Shown here: positions 45,039-59,090 of the stretch, piece after piece
Layout: each line of letters opens with the position of its first letter
Numbering within the stretch: the first letter of the stretch is position 1
Source: the human T2T-CHM13v2.0 reference genome, Homo sapiens
NCBI RefSeq assembly: GCF_009914755.1
Contig: NC_060947.1
DNA length: 64,000 nucleotides
Reading direction: 5' to 3' (one strand)
Translations under genes and position numbers: made by a program
The notes under the pieces: generated by a model
Databases searched by the model: none
Seen by the model: only the letters and a program-made list of their open reading frames with translations
What the model was told of the DNA's origin: nothing

Positions 45039-45385
45039 TGCTATGGACTGAATTTTGTTCCCCCAAAAGTTATATGTCCCCAATGTGATGGTATTTGGAG
45101 ATGGGGCCCTTGAGAAGTAAGTAGGTTTAGGTGAGGTTATGAGTGTGGGACCCTCATGAGAGGATTAGTGCCTTTTTAAGAAGAGACAGCAGAGAGATAG
45201 CTTTCATTCTCTCTTTCCATGTAAGAACACAGCAAGAAGGTGGCTGTCTACAAGCCAGGAAGAGAGCCCTCACCAGAACCCAACCATGCTGGCAACCTGA
45301 TCTCAGACTTCCAACCTCTAGAACTATAAGGAAATAAATTTCAGCCTTTGGTACTTTGTTATGGCAGTCCAAGCAGACTAATACA
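45039..45385 (+). mobile_element. MLT1A solo LTR
   Basis: TGCTATGGACTGAAT...GACTAATACA; perfect TSD gataa. Confidence 0.9.
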
Positions 45386-45989
45386 GATAACTCCTCTTTC
45401 TTCAAAACACAGTGTCAACAATGATATACCACTCATTTTAACAGTAAAAAAAGTAAAAGTCACACACTTTATCAAAGTTGAATTTAAACTCCTCTCTAAA
45501 TGTTCCTATTAGCACTATTCTACTTAATTGTATCAAGCTGAAGTTCAATCAGAAAGTAAGAACAATATATAAAAAATACACTCAAAATCCTTCCACATAA
45601 AAAATAACTTATGTTAATATTGTGGCCCATTTTCTCCCAGCCATTGTCTAAGCATTTTATTGCGGTTGAGGTAACTGCATGTTTCTACACATTTCTGGAT
45701 TTGATTGGAATTTCAAGACCTAATTAAAGTTCGCTTTTGCCCATAGCAGACACACTGCCTCCCTTTGCCCTTCCTAAATGTACTCTCTTTTACTAACTGC
45801 CCCTTCACATATTTCCCGGTGTCTTGAACATTCTCTCCCCCACACCAATCCCTTCTAAAGCCTAGATAAACAACAACTTCCTAATTATCTTTTCTTCCTG
45901 ATCCCTCTTATGTGGCTATTTCACTCTCCTTTTAAATCCCATTATCCTTTAAACTTTCTTTCTGAATTTTATCATTTTATTCTAATCAT

Positions 45990-46195
45990 AGGACATATAC
46001 AAGCACTGTATTATAATGTCTGTGGACTGTTTCCTCTTCCCATTCCTCATTGTCCACCTTTATATTAATGGATTATTGTTTCTGCAAGGGCAGTATTTGT
46101 CTTACTCATCTCTGTCTTTCCCACCATGCCTAGTGCACTGTCTTGCCCATAGAAAGACCTTCATAAATCTGTGTTGAATTAATGAATAAATGTTA
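45990..46195 (+). mobile_element. L2 3' end
   Basis: tgcctagtgcactgtcttgcccatag...gttgaattaatgaataaat. Confidence 0.6.
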
Positions 46196-46504
46196 AGATT
46201 GTCTCAGCTGTAAGCCATGCACCACCAGTCTTGACACTTGTTAACTATATCCAGGCAAATATTAAAACCCTGAGAGATAGAATATATGTGCCATTGTAGA
46301 TAGGAAAAGCCACAGGGTTTCTAAATGCATTTCACTTAAGAGTGTTACTGTGTTAATATCACAGTGTGTCATGGATGCCATTAGGAAAACGCATTCAGAG
46401 CAATGCTGCCTTCACGTCTCTTAACAAATGAACTATTTCACTAAGTATAAGGCCTAGCCTACAAGCGCACTCTCCACAGATTTCAAATAAGCAAGTGAGG
46501 CAGG

Positions 46505-48550
46505 CCAAATTACTTTCTTCTGCCACCCTCCAACCTCCTATGGGGGCAGTCTTTGGTAGAAGCCAGACAGCAAGAGAGGCTGGGAGGTACCGTTCAAAGA
46601 GGTCAGCCTCTCTGAGGCACAGAGTAGGGCAGAGAAATGCAGAGATTGCTTTTGGACAGAGGGAATGCAAAGAGAATAAAGCATAGTTGATAATGGACTT
46701 CACAGCTTCTACAGTTGCATATGAGCTAGATTTTTCCACCTGTACGAGATGCCTACTGTGGTTAGACCCTATTGGTAACCATATAGACCTGGAATTATTT
46801 ACGTATCCCTCAATTCAATAGATGGTCATACTGATGCTTTACATTGGGTCACGACTGTAGACCTGTAGGACACCTTCCAATCATGCACCTATTTATTTTT
46901 CAATATTACAACCATGTGATCCTGAAGCCAAAGCAACATCGTGACACATCCTCTTTATCCTGATTGTTCATAACCTGTCAGGCAAGAAAGAATACATGAG
47001 CATCTGTGAACCAAAGGGTTGGCCTTAGTTTGGAGTGCAGTAACTTGCTGTATTATAAATTCAGCATGCTAGTTAGCTGTTTATGGCTTTGCCATAGCTC
47101 TTGCCCAAAGAGGAGTTTCTCCTATTTCATTCCTGAGTTTTACAGGTTCTAGCCATTCTATCAAACCCACTGTGAAAGCCCAAACACCTACATATCATGG
47201 TGTTTGATTTTCCTCTTAACTAGCTTCTCCACAGAACCAATGTATAATACTTATTTCTGTCCACTGAGCTGATTTCCTTGTCTTCCCATATGTGAGAGGG
47301 CATCAATTATGCGGCGAGTGTCCACTGCCTTCCAATAGCATGCACTATGAAGACACTTGGCTTCCCCATAAGTAAACTATGCCTGCTCTTCCTCTTCTAC
47401 AGCCAAGGTTATTTTGAGGGGTATGAGATTTGGAAGACTTCAGTGCACTTCCATTTACATACAATCTGGCACTTTTCTGGAGGACAGAAACTTCTGTGGT
47501 GACTGATTTAGCCAATTCTTGTGAGTGCCATTTCTTCTTGGCCGTGGAAGTCACTGGGGCCTGGTCAACCTTGTGTGAAGGCAAGTCCTGCATTGCCTAA
47601 CAGGCAATATTGCCTTCAGACTAGAAATATACAACTAAAAGGTTATGGCACACCTTTAGTATTCCTTCTCATAGACACCCATGGCCAGTACCATGCTAAC
47701 AGCTGTTTCTCAAAATCTGAGCTTCCAGGATACATTCAATTCAGAACTCTGGAGTTACTGGTTTGGTCTCCCTACTGGTTTTTCCACAAGCTCAAGTAGA
47801 CTCGATTGTTAACCTCTTAGAACTCAAAAGTCATGGTGTATGCATATGTGTATCCTACTCTAATTTTTCTAGAGTAGCACACTGTGTTTCACTACCTGTG
47901 CAAAGTTATTTACTTTCAACAAAGCTCAGTGACAGCAGCCAGGAGTGGCCCAAGTGGGGTTGCTATGCTCTCCAGGACCAGAATCCCAAATGTTTTATGA
48001 TGAATAGTGTTAAGGCCATCAATTTATTCCAATTGGCAATATTTGTGTTCTTCCTAGCCACTGAATCTCAAAGAATGTAACAGAGCTCGTCAGCCCTCGA
48101 ATCTTTTTCACTGCATTTTCCATTCTCTGCACTGTATGTGGTCCACCACTGTGATTACGGTATATGGCACCATTATCTCCATCTCTCCACTAATTAGGAA
48201 TTGATGGATATGGTAGCGGTCTTACCTAATAGAGAGTAATGTGCCCACTAAGTCTCAAAGAATGCTTTGCCCTTAGGAGGCAAATTTTCATAACCCTGTG
48301 GCAATATCATTAAAGTATATTGCAAACTTTCCCAATTAAAGGTCAGGTGAGGCTAGCTGTCCTCAATCTTTGAGATAGAGAAAATGACATTTGCCATGTA
48401 CACAGGCCTAAGTGACCTGGTTGTTGACTATGATCATGATGTTCCTGCAACTAACAACATTTCATAGTAGAAGGTAAGAATTGCAATACGTCCTTTATTC
48501 CCCAATTTGTGGATCTATTTGCTAAAATCAGCCCATTTAGCTTTCTTAAA
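46505..48550 (-). mobile_element. Ancient ERVL-class provirus remnant (LTR fragment plus decayed pol: RT, connection, RNase H)
   Basis: Minus-strand translation gives VYMANVIFSISKIEDS*PHLTFNWESLQYTLMILPQGYENLP (~48275-48405), DFEKQLLAWYW (~47685-47717), DLPSHKVDQA...KKKW...ARLYVNGSA (ORF 47345-47593) and KSAQWTEI (~47253-47275). Confidence 0.8.
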
Positions 48551-48939
48551 TTGGGGCTAATGAATTTTAAGCCAGTAACTCCTAGGTAGAGAGAGGAATG
48601 CATATTTTAAAAGTTTTCTTTGAATATTGGTGTCTTTGCCACAAGAACTACAGCAAATTGCTGGTTTTATAAATTTTAAAAAGTGTTTGAACATTGACAA
48701 TTACATGTGGTTCAACTATGCTCCACCACAGGAAACTGACTACCCTACTTGCAGAGAAGTATTACAAGAATGGATTTGTTCCTGAGAAAAAGTAAGAATT
48801 AATGTGATGGGTCTTGTTCCTGGCCCCAGGTTTTAAATGCTTTATGCATTTCCTTCAAAAAAGTTAAATGTTGGAAAAGGGAGTTACTATTAATAGAATT
48901 TTAAAGAAGTAAATACAGATGATCACCACAAGCTACATA

Positions 48940-51320
48940 CAGGCATACTTCAGAGATATTGCAGGTTTGGTTGTAGACCACCACGATAAAATGAATAACA
49001 CAACCAAGCAAGTCACATGGATTTTTCGGTTTCCCAGTACATATAAAAGTTTTGTTTACACTATTCTGTAGTCTATTACGTGTGAAATAGCCTTCTGTCT
49101 AAAAAAAAAAAACTACATACCTGAATTTAAAAATACTTTGCTAAAAATGCTAACGATTATCTGAGCCTTCAGCAATTCATACTCTTTGCTGGTGGAGGGT
49201 CTTGTCTCGATGTTGATGGCTACTTACTGATCAGGATGGTGGTTGCTGAATGTTGAGGTGGCTGTGGCAATTCCTTGAAATAAGGCAACAGTGAAGTTTG
49301 CCACATCGATTGACCTTTCCCTTCGTGAGGGATTTCTCTGTAGTACGTGATGCTGTTGAACAGCAATTTACACACAGTAAAACTTCTTTCAAAATTGTAC
49401 TCAATCCTCTCAAATTCTGCTGATGCCTTACCAACTAACTTTATATAATCTTACAAATCCTTTGTTATCATTTCAAGAAAGTTCACAGCATCTTTACCAG
49501 GTGTATAACCCATGTCAAGAAACCACTTTCTTTCCTCATCCATAAGAAGGAATTCCTCATCAGTTCAAGTTTGATCATGAGATTGCAGCAATTCAGCCAC
49601 ATCTTCAGGCTCCAGGTCTAATTCCAGTTCTCTTGCTATTTCCATCACATCTGCAGTGACTTCCTCCACTGAAGTCTTGAACCCCTCAAAGTCATCCATG
49701 AGGGCTGGAATCAACTTCTTCCAAACTCCTGTTAGTATTGATATTTTTACCTCCTCCCGTGTGTCACAAATGTTCTTAAGAACATCTAGAATGGTGAATC
49801 CTTTCCAGAAGGTTTTCAATTTACTTTGCCCAAATCCATTGGAAGAATAATTATCTATGGCAGCCATAGCCCTGCAAGATGTATCTCTTAAATAATAAGG
49901 CTTGAAAGTCAAAATGACTCTTTGATCCGTAGGCTGCAGAAAGGATGCTATATTAGCAGGCACAAAAACAGCATTAATCTCCTCATATATCTCCATCAGA
50001 GCTCTTGGGTGACTTGGTACATTGTCAATAAGCAGTAATATTTTGAATGGAATCTTTTTTTTTTCTGAGCAGTAGGTCTCAACAGTGAGCTTAAGATATT
50101 CATTAAACCATGTTGTAAATAGATGTGCTGTCACTCAGGCTTTGTTGTTCAATGTATAGAGCACAGGAAGAGCAGATTTAGCATAATTCTTAAGGGCCCC
50201 AGGACTCTCAGAATGATCAATGACCACTGGCTTCAACTAAAAAGGCATTAACTGCATTAGCCCTTAATAAGACAGTCAGGCTGTCCTTTGGACCTTTGAG
50301 GCCAGACATTGACTTCTCTTCTCTAATTATGAAAGTCCTAGATGGCATCTTCTAATAGAAGGCTGTTTTGTCTACATTGATAATGTGTCGTTTAGTGTAG
50401 CCACCTTCATCAATGAGCTAGATCTTCTGCAGCAGCTTCTACATCTTGTACTTTCATGTTATGGGGATGACCTCTTTCCTTAAACCTCAGAAACCAACCT
50501 CTGCTAGCCTCAAACTTTTCTTCTGCAGTTTCCTCACCTCTCTTAGCCTTCATAATTGAAGACACATAGGGACCTTGCTCTGGATTAGGCTTTAGCTTAA
50601 GGGAATGTAATGGCTGGTTTGATCTTCTATCCAGAGCACTCAAACTTTCTTCGTATTAGCAGTAATGCTGTTTCACTTTTTTATTATGTGTGTGTTCACA
50701 GAAGTAAGTCTGTTAATTTCTTTCAATAATTTTTCCTTGCATTTATAACCTGGCTAACTGGTGCAAGAGGCCTAGTTTTTGGCCTGTCTCAGCTTTCAAC
50801 ATGCCTTCTTCACTAAGCTTAATCATTTCTAACTTTTTATTTCAAGTGAGAGAGGTGCGACTCTTTCTTTCACTTGAACATTTAAAGGCCATTGTAAGGT
50901 TATTAATAGGCCCAATTTCAATATTGTTGTCTCTCAGGGAGACATGAGGAAAGGAAGAAAGACAGGAGAATGGCTTGTTGGTAGATCAGTCAGAGCAAAC
51001 ACAACATTTATTGATTAAGTTTGCTGTCTTATATGGGCACTGCTCATGGTGCCCTAAAACAATTAACGACAGTAACATAAAAGGTCATGGATAACAGATC
51101 ACCCTAAAAGAGATAATAATTATGAAAAAATCTGAAATATTCTGAGAATTACCAAAATATGACACAGGCACACAAAGTGAGCACAAGCTGTTGGAAAAAT
51201 GGTGCCAACAGAGTTGTTTGATGGAGGGTTGCCACAAACCTTCAATTTGTAAAAAATAAAAACAAATGTAGTATCTTCAAAGTGCAATAAAGTGGAGTAC
51301 AATAAAATGGGATATGCCTG
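48940..51320 (-). mobile_element. Tigger1 DNA transposon, near full length (about 2.38 kb)
   Basis: TA|caggcatac...tatgcctg|TA; minus-strand transposase remnants. Confidence 0.95.
49565..50643 (-). pseudogene. Tigger1 (pogo-like) transposase remnants
   Basis: [16 protein letters not shown] (CENP-B-type HTH) and [13 protein letters not shown]...LQPTDQRVI (DDE-like) in separate broken frames. Confidence 0.9.
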
Positions 51321-51348
51321 TATTAGTTAAAAAAGGATATTAAACTCA

Positions 51349-51642
<294 letters not shown>

Positions 51643-52608
51643 AAAAAAGGATATTAAACTCATAACTAAATTTTGTAGCATTAATTTGGTCATTCTATAA
51701 TAGATTAAGATGTCTTATAAAATATGTATTTTGGCTTTAGAAAATAGTTGAAAATAACATCATGCTACATTACATTCAAGTGTATCCGTTCAATTCAGCC
51801 TATATGTTCCTCACTATACAAGTAATTTTAATAATTTTGATTTTGTATGCCTTTAAATCGGTCATGTACTTTTCAGTTACCCATAGTCCCTACCACTCCC
51901 TATTGCTTTATACGTAGCCACTTCGCATATTTGGTACCTGCATGACATATGAAGGCATTTGAATGTTAAATTTCTGCTATTCATAATGACACACAAATTA
52001 TGTAGGAACTATTCACTTGTCAGCCAAGGAAAATATGAAGAGGTGTTTTTCTTTAAACAGTGAGCTCCTCCACTGCATTAAAAATGAATCCAACTTGAAA
52101 ATAATTTGTTTTGTGCTGAATTTTTTAGAAACACGACGTGTATGAAGTTAAATACTTGAAAAGATTATCAAGAAAATAAAGAAATTTGAAAGTGAGAACT
52201 GATGTGATGTCAAAAAAACACTCAAAGACAAAAGCATTTAGAAAGTAAGTTTCCTTGCAACAAAATACAGGCGAGTCAGACTTCAAAAGGAATGGTTTGA
52301 AAAATGTGTGCGTGTTTAATGGGAAAAAAAGTAAGACTGCCATCAGTCTGCTCATGGTAGAAAAACAGCAACTTTCTAATGTGATTATCAAATCCACAAA
52401 GGTTGTACCATTTTTTCAGACATCAGCATTGCCAAAGTCACAGCTAAAGGTGCTTTAGCCAGATGAGTCCAGGCATACAGGAAATGTGCAAGGTGCCATC
52501 CAATGTAAGATCAGAACTAGAGAACTAGATGGGGTGGCCTTATTATTTTTTACTAATTGTGGAGTACAGAGTGGTTTTTCCCCCTAACGGCAAAACATGA
52601 TCTATACC

Positions 52609-52843
52609 TGTATTAGCCCATTTTCACACTGCTATAAAGAACTTCCTGAGACTGAGTAATTTATAAAGGAAAGAGGTTTAATTGACTCAGTTCCCCATGG
52701 CTGGGGAGGCCTCAGGAAACTTACAATCATGTCAAAAGGGGAAGCAGACACGACTTACATGGCAGCAGGCAAGAAGAAACTAGCATTTATAAAACCACCA
52801 GATCTCATGAGAATTCACTCACTATCACGAGAACAGCATGGGG
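52609..52843 (-). mobile_element. MSTA/THE1D-like LTR, truncated
   Basis: tgtattagccc...gagaacagcatgggg, then abrupt end. Confidence 0.85.
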
Positions 52844-52849
52844 CCCAGC

Positions 52850-53275
52850 TCTGTTGCTAACAAGCTGCTGGTGCTCAACAGTCTTCTTATTCTCCGCTTG
52901 TTCCGGAGCACCACCTCTGGACTACATTCCTCAGCCTCCATTGTAGGACCACATTCCTGTGACTGAGGTCTGGAATGGAAGTGATGTGTGCCATTTCTAG
53001 GCCTGGCCCATCAAAATCTGCCATTTGTAGTTCTTCATGTTTTTTCCCCATCCGCTACCTATGAGTAAAGGAATCTGAGGACTCAGAGGAGGGTGAAGGC
53101 ACAAGAGGGAAAGGAGAAGCAACCTTGAATAACTGCATGGAACAAAACTCTATTTCCCATTCTCCCCATCCCTGCTAACCTACACAGGATTGAATGTGTT
53201 CAAGGTAGAAATTCTAAAACCACAGATATATTGCAGTTGTTTATTACAGCTATTGGTCTACATGAATAAATATAC
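52850..53275 (+). mobile_element. MLT1I/J-like LTR
   Basis: ggactacatt...gaagtgatgtgtgccatttctaggcctggccc. Confidence 0.6.
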
Positions 53276-54344
53276 CGTGTGACAGTGTTAGTTACTAGAA
53301 CTTCTCTAAACTCAGTATCTTCATCAGTAAACTGAGAATAACAATGCACCTAATTGAGGGGATTGGTGTGACATTTAATAAGAAAATGTACAACACTGAG
53401 CACAATGCTTGGCACACAGTGAACAATCAATAAATACCATCTACTAAAATGGTTCAGTGTGTGTTAGCTATTACAATATTAGATGAGTTGGAAAAAAAGA
53501 AAACGGAATCATTTCTTTTGCTTGGTAATATATCTCTATACTTGGACACATAGAGAACCCAGTCCTTCTAGTTAACCAGTGCTAATACCATGTATACTGA
53601 TTAAGTACTCCTTTGAAGATCTGGAGTCCTACAGAGCTGGGATTAATGTTAAGCTGGATAAGTCACTATTACAACAGCTGCTTGAACCACTGGAGTGTAC
53701 CCAATCGCTCTCCAAATTGAAAACTCTGAGGAATCACTATTAGGCATTATATCCCCAAGCATAACAACTCCCATAAGTTTCAGAACACCATGGAGTCAAT
53801 AGAAGAACAGCCTACTCAGAGACTGCACCAACTGAAGAAGATCCTGCCTCTGCTGTCAACATCAATTACAGTGTATTAAGGTCCCACAGGGTGCAGTGCT
53901 TAATAAATGGCCTTACTTAATAGATGTTAACTAATTACACCTAGAAAATTCCCATCCACCCAAGGAAAGTATTGTAATATGCCAGATGAGAAAGACCAGA
54001 TTTCTCAGTTAGATCCTTCAAATGCCTCCATGTCTCCTCAAGGTAGAATATGAAAGCAAAAGAAGCTTTTTCCTTCCCTAAAGTCTGCCCTATTCTAATA
54101 CCTAAGTCAGGCACCTGTACACCTTGACTCTGGACATAATCACTTTATCACCAGGATCTAAAAATGATTTTCAGAGAATGGAAATCAGGTCAAATTCCTA
54201 AAATGGAAGAGTAGAAGGTCAGCCCCCAACCTGAGCCAGTTCTCTTCATCTAGCCTCTCAGGTAATGATGGCTGGTCACTGCAGCTAAAATGCAAAACAC
54301 AAAAGAAGACCTTTTACTTTAACCCAGGTGTCTGCTTATCATAG

Positions 54345-54703
<359 letters not shown>

Positions 54704-54750
54704 TTTTTTTTTTTTTTTGAGAACTTGATGAAAGTTAGGAATCCTATCTC

Positions 54751-54753
<3 letters not shown>

Positions 54754-54791
<38 letters not shown>
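54754..54791. repeat. (CA)n microsatellite
   Basis: Direct reading. Confidence 0.95.
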
Positions 54792-54796
<5 letters not shown>

Positions 54797-54842
54797 AAAA
54801 CTGCATTTCAAATTTATAGACCCTCCCATTGTAACTCTGGAA

Positions 54843-55025
54843 CAGTAGCTTTCATGCTTCAGAGTGCATGAAAACCCCCCTGGAGGGCTTCTTAAAGCAC
54901 AGGCCCCCAGAGTTTCTGATTCCATTAGTCTGGGTGACTTGGGCCTGAGAACTTGCACTTCTAACAGGTTCTGATGATGCTGATGCTGCTGTGTCTGGGA
55001 ACCACTCCCTGAGAGCTGCCACTCT
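54843..55025. mobile_element. MER5A
   Basis: cctggagggctt.ttaaa...cccagagtttctgattc...ctaacaggttc...gatgctgatgctgctg. Confidence 0.8.
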
Positions 55026-55620
55026 AGGACTCTATGGACCAGGTTGAAAGTATCTGCTCCAAGGAGTCCACTTCGGAGCATTTCAAATGCTGGGAACAGG
55101 GGCCCATCAATATGTCATAGGGCAGAAGACAAAGATCCTAACTCTCAGCAACACTGAGCTCTGATCTGTGACCTTCAGCAAATTCTCACCTATAGCTTGT
55201 GAAATCCTCCTGGTCTTTTCCTCTGATTCCTGCTTCTCTCCCCACCCCTCAGCCTCCGCCTTTCTTTATTCCTTTCTGTCTCAGGACCTCCATGTTTATG
55301 CATCGCTCTCCTTCCCCATCTGTTTCTGTGTGCATATGTATGGGTAACTAGATGCCTGAGCTCACCTCTGTCCCTCTCTTATTGTCCCCAATCTCTTTCC
55401 CTCTGTACACTATAATAGGAAACTGTATTTGCATTTACAATTTGTTGTAGCTATTCAATTAAGTTTTATGACTCATATTCTTAATTTTGAAGCAGGTAAA
55501 TGGGATATTTTATATTTGTCTCTAAGGATATAAAATACTAAAGCCTCTTAATATTTTTCCTAGGATAACTCACATCTTGGTTAACAGAGGAAAATATTCC
55601 CATGTTTTTTTTTTTTAATA

Positions 55621-55824
55621 CAAGCACTATGTAATAGAACTTTCTATAACGACAAACATGTTTTGATTCTGCACTGTTCAACTCAGCAGTAGCTACTGGC
55701 CACGTGTGGCTACTGAGCACTTAAAATACAGCTATAATGACTGAGGAAGTGAGTTTTTTATCTTAAGTAGTTTTAAATTTAAATAGCCACATGTGCCTAG
55801 TGGCTACAGTAGTGAACAGTGCAG
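55621..55824. mobile_element. MER3 MITE
   Basis: aatagaactttct...ggccacgtgtggctactgagcactt...aaatagccacatgtg. Confidence 0.8.
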
Positions 55825-55998
55825 CTCTATATTGTCTACCTTGAACATTTATATACTGTATACATACAGGATGCAGAAACCTTTCAAAATCTCTCAAGCT
55901 ATGCTTGGTCACCTCAACATCAAAACAGAAATGCATCCATCCCCTAAACCTCTCATGAATCCCATGTTACATAAACAAGGAGTTATGTTTTTAACTTA

Positions 55999-55999
55999 A

Positions 56000-56032
<33 letters not shown>
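55999..56032. repeat. (AAT)n microsatellite
   Basis: Direct reading. Confidence 0.95.
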
Positions 56033-56033
<1 letters not shown>

Positions 56034-56588
56034 TAATTGTAAAGAAAGCCATGTCAAACACTGAAGAGATTTTTCTCCCAGTCACCTAGGAGCTGAAAAC
56101 CTCCTCTCCAGGGAGGAACATAACCATCTGTGTGCATCAGTTGGACCAGCACTGTTTGCTCCACTTGAACAGGGACTGGAAAGCAACAGCATGAACATCC
56201 AAATCATTCATTAGCAGACACCCAGAATCCCACCGGTAAATAACCCAGCATCAAGTCTTGCTGCAGTCTCCAAAGTATCTCAACTCCTGTTTTGGTGATT
56301 ACTTTGGCTCTCAAGAAATCTCAAAAATTCTACAAATCTCTCCAATCAAAATTACTTTAAACTTACTTTAATTTACAGACACATGCCATGTAGCCCCTTT
56401 TCAAAGCTACTATGGGAAAGTAAGTGAACTGATAGGGCGTAATAATTTCAAAGGGATCATGGAATCACTGTTCAGCCTCCATTTTAAAACTTCTCTCATG
56501 TTACAGACTCAGATTCTTCATCAAACATCTTCAAATCTTCCTATCCCTAGGGTTTTGAGCTAAGAAAATATAAAAATTAAGAATTAAG

Positions 56589-56897
56589 TTTTCTTTTCTT
56601 TTTCTTTTTTTTTTTTTGAGATGGAGTCTTGCTCTGTAGCCCAGGCTGGAGTGCAAGGGCACGAACTCAGCTCACTGCAACCTCCACCTCCCTGGTTCAA
56701 GTGATTCTCCTGTCTCAGCCTCCTGAGTAGCTGGGATTACAGGCGCCCGCCACCACGCCTGGCTAATTTTTGTATTTTTGGTAGAGATGGGGTTTCTCCA
56801 TGTTGGTCAGGCTGGTCTCGAACTCCTGACCTCGTGATCCACCCGCCTCGGCCTCCCAAAGTGCTGGGATTACAGGCGTGAGCCATCACACCCGGCC
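56589..56897 (-). mobile_element. Alu (AluS-like)
   Basis: Full antisense Alu; flanks share taaaaattaag. Confidence 0.95.
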
Positions 56898-57099
56898 CTA
56901 AAAATTAAGTCTTGTTAGAGACTACATCTGCCCGTGAAGACCTTGAAATCTGTGCTATGGAAATGGAAAACAAATCAGATTTCACTATCTTTAATTGTTG
57001 TCCATTAATTCGGTCCTCACCAAGGATTCACACCATTGACCAAAGTTCCTTAGGAGAAATCTGAGTTTTCCTAGGGCCTAACATAACATCTGTATTGGT

Positions 57100-57350
57100 T
57101 ATAAGGCATTATATCTGTATGGCACTTAAGAACTTATTAATTGCCTTCGTTTACACTGACCTCCAATCCTCACCACATTGGGAAGTGGATGTTACAGCCT
57201 CACTTTTACAGATGAGGATATTTAGGAGCAGAGGGTCTAATTGATAAGGAAATGATCAATTGAAACAGACATGCAGGTAGAAAAGAAATCTAAATTGCAG
57301 AGAAGTAGGTTTGGGTCACAAGGCTAGAAAATAATATCGAACTCTCCACT
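57100..57350 (-). mobile_element. MIR
   Basis: cttttacagatgagga...agagg core. Confidence 0.55.
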
Positions 57351-58602
57351 ATCTTAAATTTAGTACATAATACGTTTTGAGAAGCAAAATTGCCATTTCA
57401 CATTGAATTAACCACGTGGAACTTAGCCCAGGCTGTCCCAAGGCAGATTAATAAAAACTGAATTTGTGAGAGTGCCTTTGAACCTTCTTGAAGTACATGT
57501 AATCGTATGTGAGGCTTTTACAGATGCATTTTGTTTCTGAATCAAGGATTGGCACATTGTAAGAGCTTGATATAATGACAGGAGTCTTTCCGCTGAAACC
57601 AGTCAGAAGCCAAAAACCTCATAAATGTTTACCATAATAAATCACCTTAATATATCTCACTTTGCTAAGTTGTTACCCAATTAGTGTAATGTAAGCCAAG
57701 TCTGTGGTAGGAGCTATCTGAACTCAGTGTAAACCTATTAAAGAAATTTACTTACCCCTGAATTGACCTGTTTTGAACACTGAGCCATATTTTCAGGGAC
57801 AGATTAAGAAACAGATTCTAGCCTGAATATAGAAGACTTTTTTCCTTTAAATAAAATCTATATGTGGAGCATAGAACTTTTACAGCCTTTATTTGAAGTT
57901 CCAACATGAAGTGATATTCTGTTGAACACTTTTCGGGTAGCTATGGCAACAATGATTATCACCACATACTACCAACCAAAATACCACCTGCATCCACGTC
58001 TATTCTAGACCGTTAATTAACAAGAAAAGCCCAGTTCAAATTCCCAGTTGGTAAATTTGGCAGAAAACTTTTTTCAAAATGTTGGGAAATCTATTTAGCT
58101 TTGGCTTCTGTGTTTGCTTCACAGAGTTTTGTTGTTGTTGTTGTTATCTTTCAGAACAACTTAAGTCTGACTCTCTCTCTTCCTGCTCACACCAGAACCA
58201 CCCACACACACTGTTAAGTTTCGGGAGAAATAGAGGTTTCGGCATTTCCTTTTCTAAGGAGTTAATCAGTAATAAGATCTCCAGGGGCCCCCCAGAGTAC
58301 TCCTTTCAAACAATTATCCATGTACATGAGAATTTCAGGCTTGTTTTTAGTTTCTCTGTAGGAAGGAGGGGAGATAGAAGGGGAACAGAAACAGGAGGTA
58401 AAGACTGAAGAGAAAGGAAGCTAGAAAAAGAAAACATAGAAGGAAAACGAGCGAAGAAACGTAGAAAAGAAAGAAAATGAGCCCAGGATCAAAAAAGAAG
58501 AGAACAATTTATTTCAATCTGTGAGGAAGAAGGCAAAGGGGAAAACATGCAGAATCCATGGAAAGCAGAAACAGGCTTCACACAGGCTTACAATGGAAGA
58601 TT

Positions 58603-59090
58603 CTGCAATTGACTAATTGCAGGAACTGCTCCAGTTCGTCACTGCTCCCTATTTCAATGCCCTCTATCTTGTAACTTTGAAGTGCCCACCCACTCCAACT
58701 TTGGACTCAGCCACGAACTTGCTTTGGCCAATGGGATATTAGCAAATGTGATGCAACCAGATGCTTGACAAGTGCTTGTGAGAGTAGACTTGCTTGCTCT
58801 CGCCCTTTACCACTGCTATGAGAACATGCTTGGAGAATGAAAGACACATTCTGAGCTGAGCTGAGGTGCTCCTATCTTCCCAGCCAACGCCATCTCAGAT
58901 CAGCTGACAGCTAGCATACCCAGAGATGTGTGAGCCCAGCCAGTATCAGGAAAGTTGCCTGTGTCAACTAGCAGCTGAGTGCAGACACAGGCGTGAGCCC
59001 TGCCCAGATCAGCTAAATAAATGCACATTGTTGTAAGCCACCTAGGAGGTTTGCGATGCAGCATTACTGTGGCAATACATAACCAATATA
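58603..59090 (+). mobile_element. MLT1H-like LTR
   Basis: cttgctttggccaatgggatattagcaaatgtgatgca...cattgttgtaagccac...gcagcattactgtggcaata. Confidence 0.75.
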
